Positions 7,700 through 15,832 of a DNA stretch of 15,832 bases are shown here, piece by piece (the first letter of the stretch is position 1; the number at the start of each line of letters is the position of its first letter). Origin of the DNA: Octopus sinensis. Lineage: Eukaryota. The DNA lies in the NCBI RefSeq assembly GCF_006345805.1, contig NW_021825355.1, positions 1 through 15,832 on the forward strand, in the 5' to 3' direction. A program made the translations under genes and the position numbers. The notes under the pieces are model-generated. The model did not search any database, was not told the origin of the DNA, and saw nothing but the letters and a program-made list of their open reading frames with translations.

Positions 7700-8340
7700 G
7701 AACGTAAATATGCTAATCATTCTTTTGTTTCATCCCAGGAAAATAGCCTCTCCTTTACAACGAATATGTGCTCATAAATTCAAGGGTTTATGAGAAATCC
7801 AGTGTTTCGCCTTCCTTGGGTCCTGTCAGTCAGAAATACGTTCAAACCAATGAATGTAACAGGAACCGATTGTCTTCCTTTATGATTTCAGCGAACAGAT
7901 TAGTCGCTGATCCGTGCCGCTATCTGCAAACCTATAAGACAGTATTCTAGGAATACCTTTTCCCACAACTTTATTTTAGCGGTGTTGTTGCGACTCAGCA
8001 TTGAGTCTGTTAATAATACGTAGCAATTCAGGGTAATACAGTTTATCTCTTTCAAGCTACATCAGCAATACAATGAAAATCTAGAACAACGTAAGTTCCG
8101 ATACTGTTGCAGTGCTGTTGTAGGTTAAATTATGTAGATTTTTCCATTCAATCATGGCTATTTAGGATAAGGAGGAATGAGTCTTTTGAGAATGAAGTAT
8201 ATTAGCAGCGGATACACCAAAATGTCTTTGCCACGATGTGAACTGAAGAACTTTTGGCTGACTGATTGATACAGGACCCATCCACTATCCAGTCTTTGGT
8301 AGTGAGTGGTTTCTCTCGCACCATTAAAATGCCAACAATA
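7700..8340 (-). mobile_element. Possible highly degraded LINE (RTE-like) ORF C-terminus
   Basis: Scattered minus-strand peptides WIVDGSC, AKTFW, RILSYRFAD and HWFERI..QDPRKAK occur in the order of the RTE C-terminal motifs. There are many stops and similarity is weak. Confidence 0.3.
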
Positions 8341-8689
8341 GCAGCCACATTCATTAAATCATGAAGACTATGAAGAGATAAATACGGCAATATGAAAGTC
8401 AAAGAATGAAACTTTGAACAAAGAAATGAGATATCGAAGTTTCGGATAATTTGTCGTTTCCATGAAACATCGAGAGAAAGAAAAGAAAATTAGACGGAAG
8501 CAAAATGTGGATGTGTTATGAAACTAAGGTAATTACAGTTTATAGAATGGACCAAAGCGTTTATATATGATATATGATGTATAAAAACATGTTACATACT
8601 AATAAATATCTGTAAATATAAAACCATCCGAATTTCTGAGTACTTCATTTTTTCTAATATAAAATAACCTGTGCATCATCTCCAAACCT

Positions 8690-8694
8690 AATAT

Positions 8695-8742
<48 letters not shown>
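8690..8742. repeat. (TA)n microsatellite, interrupted
   Basis: TA run. Confidence 0.95.
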
Positions 8743-8743
<1 letters not shown>

Positions 8744-9129
8744 CGATCCTTATATTAATTTACCGTAAATTGGAAACGTCATTGTGGCTCGGATCCAAGT
8801 CAATGTTGCAACTTCTGATTCAATGCATTGGAGCCGTTCTGATCCCGCCTTTTCGATACATGAAGGACACATGATCCAATATATCCAGTCCTTATACGAA
8901 GTGGCACGGTTTGACTTGTGGTAGATATCTCTGCTATTTCTTGCAGGTCGATGGACCATATAAAGACTCTCATTGGTTTTCGAAATTTTAGTGTGTTCTT
9001 TTACCAGTATTCACAATGACTAATATGCATTAGGAATTTATTCGAAAATAGGAATCTTAATTTAAAATAAACTAGTGATGGATGGCGCTATTAATAAACT
9101 GTCTCTCCGTGTAATATGTCTCTGGCATT

Positions 9130-9544
9130 AAACGGCAAGCTGGTAGAAACGTTAGCACGCCGAGCGAAATGCTTAGCAGTATTTCGTCTGCCGTTACGTT
9201 GTGAGTTCAAATTCCGCCGAGGACGAGTTTGCTTTTCATCCTTTCGGGGTCGATTAAATGAGTACCAGTTACGCACTGAGGTCGATATAATCGACTTAAT
9301 CCGTTTGTCTGTCCTTGTTTGTCCCTTCTGTGTTTCGCCTCTTGTTGGTAGTAAAGAAATAGGTATTTCGTCTATCTTTACGTTCTGAGTTCAAATTCCG
9401 TCGCGGTCGACTTTGCCTTTATCCTTTCGGGGTCGATTAAATAAGTACCAGTTACGCAGTGGGGTCGATGTAATCGACTTAATCCGTTTGTCTGTCCTTG
9501 TTTGTCCCCTCTATGTTTAGCCTCTTGTGGGTAATAAAGAAACA
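9130..9544 (+). mobile_element. Tandem dimer of the Meta-like tRNA-SINE within one 17-bp TSD
   Basis: Unit 1 (9130-9361) is full length with B box gttcaaattcc at 9205-9215. Unit 2 (9362-9544) starts internally at ggtatttcgtct. TSD aatatgtctctggcatt (9113-9129) and aatatatctctggcatt (9545-9561), 16/17 identical. Confidence 0.93.
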
Positions 9545-10689
9545 AATATATCTCTGGCATTGTAGCTTACAGAGACAATGAATCTGCAACTTAGCCTCAC
9601 AGTGGTTCTTGACCTGGCTACTGCGAATTAACACAACTCTTAATTGTACAGTGCTGTTCGTGTTACATTTGATACACTTTTACTTATAGGCAATGGGAGT
9701 AATTTAAACTTTATCAGATAGAACAAAATGACGTTTGTAATAGAGAGACTGTCCAACGTTTAGCCGTCACTATGGCATTTCATTAACTTCGCTAAGTCTG
9801 CTGCTTCTGCGACAAATCCTCGGTGTCTAGTTTTTGTCAATCGTTCTCGCAGGAGGAGCAGCACTCTGTGTGTTTGAGTTGCTGGATGAAGCAGTGATGG
9901 TAGTAGTGGATGGAGTTTTTCTTATAAAATATTTTAGCAAAATTTACTCATGCATTTCTTATTAAACCTGACTCAAATAAAACAATATATAAAATAGAGT
10001 ACGCTGGTGTGTGAAAAACGCAGGGAAAATTCGTGCGTTTTCTACACTCCACTGATAATTAATCGAAGTGCAAAGAAAGAAACAAAATAATAAAATAAGA
10101 TATAAAATATCAAAAGAAAGAATAGAGAAGGTTGTAGGGCGAAGTGAACAATAGTATTTTGTAACAAGTCTTTTTTTTTCTTTCTTTCTTGTGTTTTCGA
10201 TTTTTAGCTGCAAAGTCAATGAGTTCAAAAAGAGGCTTGGCTTTTCGACTGCGGTTTCTTTGTCTTCAGCGAAAGCCTTACGCTGGATATAAAATGCCTA
10301 TTGTATTAATGAAAGAGTATGAAAAACTAGGGAGAGATGTGCAACGAGGCAAAGGAGTAGAAATTAATGTAAAGAAAAGAGAGAGAGAAAGAGAGGGGGG
10401 CGAAAGAAAGAAAAGGGTTGAAAAGGGATCGTTGCGTTGTGAAAGGAGGAAGACAATTGCATTGGTGAATCTTGAGAGAAACAAAGGCGGGCTTGCGTAT
10501 TAATATGCAAATTAGTTCCAACAATATCGACGAGAATAATGCTCAATTAAATGAAAATGAAAATACGATATCTTTCTACTTTCTTAACCATATCTATTTA
10601 TCCACATATCTACAAATTTAATTCTACACACATTATTCTACCACATCTATTTAAGATATTCATTCTTTCTTCCTTTATTTCCTTCTATC

Positions 10690-10695
10690 TTTCCT

Positions 10696-10768
<73 letters not shown>

Positions 10769-10802
10769 TCTCTCTCTCTCATTCTGTCTTTCTCTCTTTT
10801 TT
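10690..10802. repeat. (TTTC)n/(TC)n pyrimidine tract
   Basis: Tandem TTTC followed by TC. Confidence 0.95.
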
Positions 10803-10869
10803 TTATCGCTATCAAAAACTTTCTATTCTGTATAACTTGCAGAGAATATTTCTATATTAGACATTATAA

Positions 10870-10872
<3 letters not shown>

Positions 10873-10910
<38 letters not shown>

Positions 10911-11019
10911 TGTATATGTATACATATATTTACATGCAAAAATACATACACGCACCCACTCATATGAATGTCAGTGTATATGTATGCAAATCAGTATGTG
11001 TGCGTGCGTGTGTATGTGT

Positions 11020-11064
<45 letters not shown>
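10873..11064. repeat. (CA)n and (TG)n microsatellites
   Basis: CA run at about 10873-10908 and TG run at about 10995-11064. Confidence 0.93.
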
Positions 11065-11068
<4 letters not shown>

Positions 11069-11243
11069 GTGAGAGCACACATGCATAGCCTAATAAACGT
11101 ATAGGCATGGAAATATGGACTGATTGGATGAGGAATAGAAAAGAATGAAATTATAATTCAAGAAAGCTAAATACACGAATCACAGAAAATAAATTGTAGC
11201 TGCACCATTAGCTACGGATATCAGGATCGTGCATTTTCAATGC

Positions 11244-11276
<33 letters not shown>

Positions 11277-11792
11277 TGTATGTATGTAGGTGTGTGTGTA
11301 TGTATTTATGTGTGTATGTATGTGTTTGTGTAAGTATGCATGTATGTTTGTATGTGTGTATGCAAGTGTGTATGTATATATCTATGTATGCGTGTATGCA
11401 TGTGTGTATGTATGTATGCTTGTGTGTATGTATGTATGCATGTGTGTATGTATGAATGTATGTATGTACATATGTATGTATGTATGTGTGTATGTATATA
11501 TGCATGCATGTGTGTATGTATATAGGTATGTATGTGTGTCTGTCTGTATAGACGTATGTACGTATGTACGTATATATGTATGGATACATGTGTATGTATC
11601 TATCTGCTTATCTATATATACATACATACATAGATATACGTGTGTGTGTGTGTTAGTGCGTGCGTATATACATATACATATGAATATATCCACGTACATA
11701 AATGCATATATATATATATATATACTATATATATATATATATATGTGTGTGTGTGGTGTATATATGTATATGTATATGTATATATGTTATAT

Positions 11793-11846
<54 letters not shown>

Positions 11847-11878
11847 GTGTGTATGTATATGTATTGTATATGTATATG

Positions 11879-11937
<59 letters not shown>

Positions 11938-11938
11938 G
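11244..11938. repeat. About 700-bp compound (TATG)n/(TG)n/(TA)n microsatellite
   Basis: Pure TATG at the start, degenerating to TG/TA. It is the source of the long V/Y/C/M-rich ORFs. Confidence 0.96.
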
Positions 11939-11946
11939 TCTCTGTA

Positions 11947-12079
11947 AACAATAACTCTCTACTTGAGTGGGCCATAGCCCAAATTCTGACTTGAAAGACT
12001 TCACCAGGTGGTGCTATTAAGTTAGACATGGCCTGGGCCAATAATGGCCGAAACCTATCAAAGTATCAAAGTATCAAAG
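11947..12079 (+). mobile_element. Short 3' terminal fragment of a CR1-like LINE
   Basis: [15 protein letters not shown] parallels NKNSLLEWTINKT* at about 14101-14142. The 3' UTR ggtggtgctattaagttagacatggcctgggccaataatggccgaaac matches 14171-14219. Tail of (tatcaaag)3 at 12056-12079. Confidence 0.85.
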
Positions 12080-12096
12080 TATATATATATATATAT

Positions 12097-12129
<33 letters not shown>

Positions 12130-12166
12130 TATGTATATATATATATATGTATATATATACCTAGAA

Positions 12167-12385
12167 CAGTGATACCATACCAAATCGCGCGGTTCACCTA
12201 TCGCGGTTTATTATTCGAGCTTACTTTGATTCCTCCGTGGTGGTGTTTTTGCAGTTATAATAAAATAAATATATACAAAAGATAAAAATAATTAAAAAAA
12301 TATATACAGTACGGTACTGTTTCTACTTCGCGGATTTTCACCTATCACGCGGGGATTTTGGAACGTAACACTCGCGATAGTCGAT
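12167..12385. mobile_element. Probable non-autonomous Tc1/pogo(Tigger)-like DNA transposon relic
   Basis: CpG-rich ends (cagtgata...tcgcgcggttcacctatcgcgg and ttcacctatcacgcggg...ggaacgtaacactcgcgata) around an AT-rich core, between TA runs. The family call is from recollection of such elements. Confidence 0.45.
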
Positions 12386-12862
12386 TATATATATATATAT
12401 ATATACATACACAAACACATACATATATATATACATACATACATACATACATACACACATACACACGCACACACGCACTCACACACACACATATTTACAC
12501 ATATAAGCACACTGTTGAGACAACATAGTGACTCATGGACCGAAAGTTTCTTGCGTTAAGACTCATCGAATTAGTTTATTAAGTTCTAAACACATCCACA
12601 CATATCTGCGACTATCCATTGTGCACCATACTGGCTAAGAAACGACACTCATTGCTAATGGTGTTTATCTCTGTTCGAAATTAAAAGTTTGTTGATTGTT
12701 TTGAGGATACCATATTGTAGACTGAAATTTATGTCCAACGCTGAAATCAAAGAGCTATTTAGAATTCCCGAGATAGTGTCGACCAGAAGATTTCAACCAC
12801 TTTCGTTTCCTATTTTACTTTGCTGGTCCTCCATAGCCCTTCCATGTATATGGGAAGAAAAA

Positions 12863-12941
12863 ATCCACCCTACTGATAATACAAAAATATTATCCACCCT
12901 ACTGATAATATCCACCCTACTGATAATACAAAAATATTATC
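12863..12941. repeat. Short tandem repeat with 29/18/29-bp units
   Basis: atccaccctactgataat begins at 12863, 12892 and 12910. Units 1 and 3 add acaaaaatatt. Confidence 0.95.
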
Positions 12942-13183
12942 AGGAATTTGTAAAAATAATTTATGTATTTTAGAAGTAGAAACAATTTATTGCACCTAAA
13001 TTATAGCAGGAAAATCTTAAATGGACCCCCAACGGTTATATAGGCCGCGGTTGAGAACTGCTAGTATGGACATTACTAAAGTCTGAGTCAAATGGTGGCA
13101 TTTAAACGATTCGCAGATTTACTTTCAGCAACCACAATGCCATATGTTTAAAAAATAGTATGTATTGTGATTCTACGACTGAG

Positions 13184-13215
<32 letters not shown>

Positions 13216-13518
13216 AGTGTAGAAATATACAGACGGCTAATGGCAAGACATATGAATGTCAACAGAGAGCTTCATCGTGAAATAAAATGGTCTTTGTAGT
13301 CGAACTTGAGTGATAACGTAAACGTGGTCATTGCTTCCAACTCGCAATGGCCTAACTAGGTGACAATACTTCTATGTTAACATACAATTAAGACACACAG
13401 ACACAATTACACGCACACACACACACACTTACATAATACACACACACACACTTACACACATGCATACACACACTCACATGTATATGTATATGCACATACG
13501 CATAAAAATGTCTGAATG

Positions 13519-13565
<47 letters not shown>

Positions 13566-13721
13566 CACAGTGACGACTAAAATTCTTATTTCTGGCGAAA
13601 CATTGAAAGCTGCTGTTTATATTAATTTTATAATGCTAAATCATCCGTTAGTTTGGATGACAAGGACATATATACTAATAGAACTGCATGTCCGAAAAGT
13701 GCCGAAATTTACAGCCAGTCT

Positions 13722-13767
13722 TAAATGATGAGGCAACGGAAATTGCCGAAACTAACGACAGCATTTA
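13722..13767 (+). ncRNA. Degenerate type I hammerhead-like motif
   Basis: taaatg ATGA ggcaa cggaaa ttgcc GAAAC taac GAC agcattta. Perfect 5-bp stem II between ATGA and GAAAC, and stem I taaatg/cattta. It needs a core deletion and a GUC to GAC change to be explained. Confidence 0.45.
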
Positions 13768-13936
13768 GAACCCTCGATCGGCATTTTTCGGACGATTAAG
13801 GTCTCTGTTAGTATGTGAGTTGACTACAGAATTGGAGCATTTTAGCTCTTATTTCTAGCATAGGTGTTTCTAATACCCTAATCACATTTAGCAATTTTTG
13901 GTTTTGGTGAAACATTGCAAACTGCTATATATACAT

Positions 13937-14238
13937 GTACACTACAACATAATTTCTTTGCCTCAACAGGCCCTGCCCTATTTAACATTGTCCCGAAAGA
14001 GATCAAAGAGGAACAGGATTCCATCAACTTTAAACGGAGTCTGGATAGATTCCTTCAAGGAATACCAGATAAGCCACCCATAATTGGATACAACTCACCC
14101 AACAAAAACTCACTACTTGAATGGACCATAAACAAAACTTGACTTAAACAGGATTTAAATAATCCTATCAGGTGGTGCTATTAAGTTAGACATAGCCTGG
14201 GCCAATCATTGGTCGAAACATATCTAAGTTTATCTAAG
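13937..14238 (+). mobile_element. 5'-truncated CR1-like LINE 3' end
   Basis: LQHNFFASTGPALFNIVPKEIKEEQDSINFKRSLDRFLQGIPDKPPIIGYNSPNKNSLLEW fits the CR1 C-terminal pattern (F...GP.LFN.LP..I.....FK..LD.FL..IPD.P...GY...NSL). Terminal hairpin and a tatctaag-repeat tail follow. Confidence 0.88.
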
Positions 14239-14341
14239 GATTATTTGAATCCTGTTTAAGTCAAGTTTTGCTTATGGTCCATTCAAGTAGTGAGTTTTTG
14301 TTGGGTGAGTTGTATCCAATTATGGGTGGCTTATCTGGTAT
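14237..14341 (-). repeat. 105-bp inverted duplication of 14062-14166
   Basis: Manual alignment gives 103/105 identical. The spacer 14167-14236 holds the LINE terminus. Confidence 0.97.
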
Positions 14342-14384
14342 ATATATCGTCGAGAGAGTTGGTATGTGAAAGTACGTGGTTGGA

Positions 14385-14691
14385 TGTATAAAAGACAAAA
14401 TAGAGTGAAAATACTACCCGAACATTTTTGCTTATATCCCTTATACCGAAAAAAGAAATCCCTGATTACCTTCTCCTGTCTGGAACTTTCATACTTCACT
14501 TCATAGCGAAGAGATGACACAATATAGGTAAAGAAATTTGAGAAATTTGAAAAGAAAATACCAAACCGCTTATTTCTCCAAAAACCATGTTACTTTAAAC
14601 AATATTTTATAATATAACGATTTAAATATATTCTTTAATCATATAGCACAAGTTTTCTGCAGTATTTTTGCTCTATTTTGTCTTTTACATA
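14385..14691. mobile_element. MITE-like element of about 307 bp
   Basis: Terminal inverted repeats tgtataaaagacaaaatagagtgaaaatact (14385-14415) and agtatttttgctctattttgtcttttacata (14661-14691), about 4 mismatches. AT-rich interior with no ORF homology recognised. Confidence 0.55.
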
Positions 14692-14703
14692 TATATGTAT
14701 AAG

Positions 14704-14762
14704 TGAGTAACAAAGAGGTACAGGTATTCTCACATTATTAACACCTGTACCTCTGTTACTCA
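14704..14762. repeat. Short inverted repeat (20-bp stem with a 2-nt bulge, 17-nt loop)
   Basis: tgagtaacaaagaggtacaggt and acctgtacctctgttactca. Confidence 0.9.
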
Positions 14763-15256
14763 TATTTTATTCACCTATCCTGGAATATTATAGATTATTT
14801 TTAATATAAAGTACACGTCAGAATAGCTAAGAAGGGATTTCTTCACTCAACAGGGTCTTATTATCTGCAAACACTAGAAGAATATCAAGTGGCCGGCAGT
14901 TATGCACCAAATCTGGTATTCACTGAATATCATTGGGTATGCATGTTACTCAGACCTAACAAAGTGCCTCAATTTAAGTGCTTAATTCAACTGAATCTTA
15001 ATTATATGATATATATATATATATGTATGTACACAACAAAGGAACAAACGGAAAATTCCCACATACGACACAATCTACAAAGAGAGAAAGAGATAGAGAG
15101 AAAGAGTGAGAAAGCGATAAGGATAGAGAGCGACAGACAGACACAGAGGAAGAGCGATGAATAGATTTACATGCATGCATACATCCATATATACAGATAC
15201 ATATAATTTCGAATGACGTACTTACGTACACAAGCATACACGCACAATAAACTACT

Positions 15257-15272
15257 CTGCACACACACACAA

Positions 15273-15320
<48 letters not shown>

Positions 15321-15327
15321 ACACACG
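15257..15327. repeat. (CA)n microsatellite
   Basis: CA run. Confidence 0.95.
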
Positions 15328-15710
15328 TATTTATACTCTAATGCAATCTATCCACTCTTCGTCGGTAGGCTTGATGCATTTTATTTTGGGATATTGTGGA
15401 ATACGGTGAATGCCACAAGTTATGAACTTGTTGAACAACTGATTAGAGTAATGTGTAAGAGCAACCATAACAATGAAGATGTTACTATTGTTATTGTTCT
15501 CTATGACCAAAATGCTGATGACGATGACGACATCATAGTAACGTTGTAAATACGTTTGCAATATATGTCTATATATATATATATATAATATATATATATA
15601 TTAAATATATTCATTGAAATAAATACATTTGCAATATATGCCTATATATATATATATATATATGGAGAATAAAACCTTCAGACGTGTCTCTAACCGTGTT
15701 AGGGAGGGTT

Positions 15711-15832
15711 TTGGTAGCAGGAGGTCAATGTACTGAAGAATAGCAGCAGAGTGAGTGGCCGAGATTTCCATGTGCATGTGTACTTGAAAATCTCGGCCAC
15801 TCACTCTGCTGCCATTGACCTCCTGCTACCAA
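15711..15832. repeat. Fold-back inverted repeat running to the window edge
   Basis: 15785-15832 is the reverse complement of 15711-15770 (47/48) once the 12-nt insert tactgaagaata (15731-15742) is removed. Confidence 0.95.

Noticed and set aside
8750-8959. Minus-strand 69-aa ORF in a GC-richer island with nearby splice-like signals
   Set aside because: No recognisable domain in any frame and inconsistent splice signals. Needs BLASTX.
10189-10503. 104-aa ORF behind a strong pyrimidine/TAG acceptor at about 10207
   Set aside because: The second half is purine-rich low complexity, there is no good donor and there is no recognisable homology.
12863-12941. CRISPR-like repeated 18-mer
   Set aside because: The spacers are identical or absent, the context is eukaryotic and there are no cas genes. 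It is a simple tandem duplication.
13021-13063. hAT/Charlie-like terminal sequence (atggaccccc...ggttgagaactgct)
   Set aside because: No matching opposite TIR or 8-bp TSD found nearby, so the element cannot be delimited.
15733-15740. Other CTGAAGA hammerhead-core matches (also about 6721, 8243 and minus-strand 10264)
   Set aside because: None has a stem II followed by GAAA and a closing stem I.

Overview
AT-rich, microsatellite-dense eukaryotic non-coding DNA. I found no supportable host gene, tRNA, rRNA or CRISPR array. Most ORFs in the supplied track are translations of (CA/TG/TA/GAA)n repeats. The SINE families resemble those I recall from octopus/coleoid cephalopod genomes (inference from memory, not a search). 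The window is a mosaic of transposon relics: two tRNA-derived SINE families (CORE-like, 4 copies; Meta-like, one monomer and one dimer with TSDs), two mariner relics, an L1/Tx1-like 3' end nested inside an R4/Dong-like RT fragment, two CR1-like 3' ends, and MITE-like elements. The most notable signal is three unrelated hammerhead-ribozyme-like motifs. One lies in a composite element with a tRNA-like Pol III head, an (AAT)n tract, a minimal hammerhead and an inverted duplicate arm at its 5' side, which is a Penelope-type architecture (4954-5726). One lies in a 103-bp-arm palindrome (2770-3000). One is degenerate and lies in a 312-bp terminally redundant, structured unit (13581-13934). At least five long inverted repeats occur in 16 kb. 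All ribozyme copies here carry apparent lesions, so activity would have to be tested on family consensus sequences.
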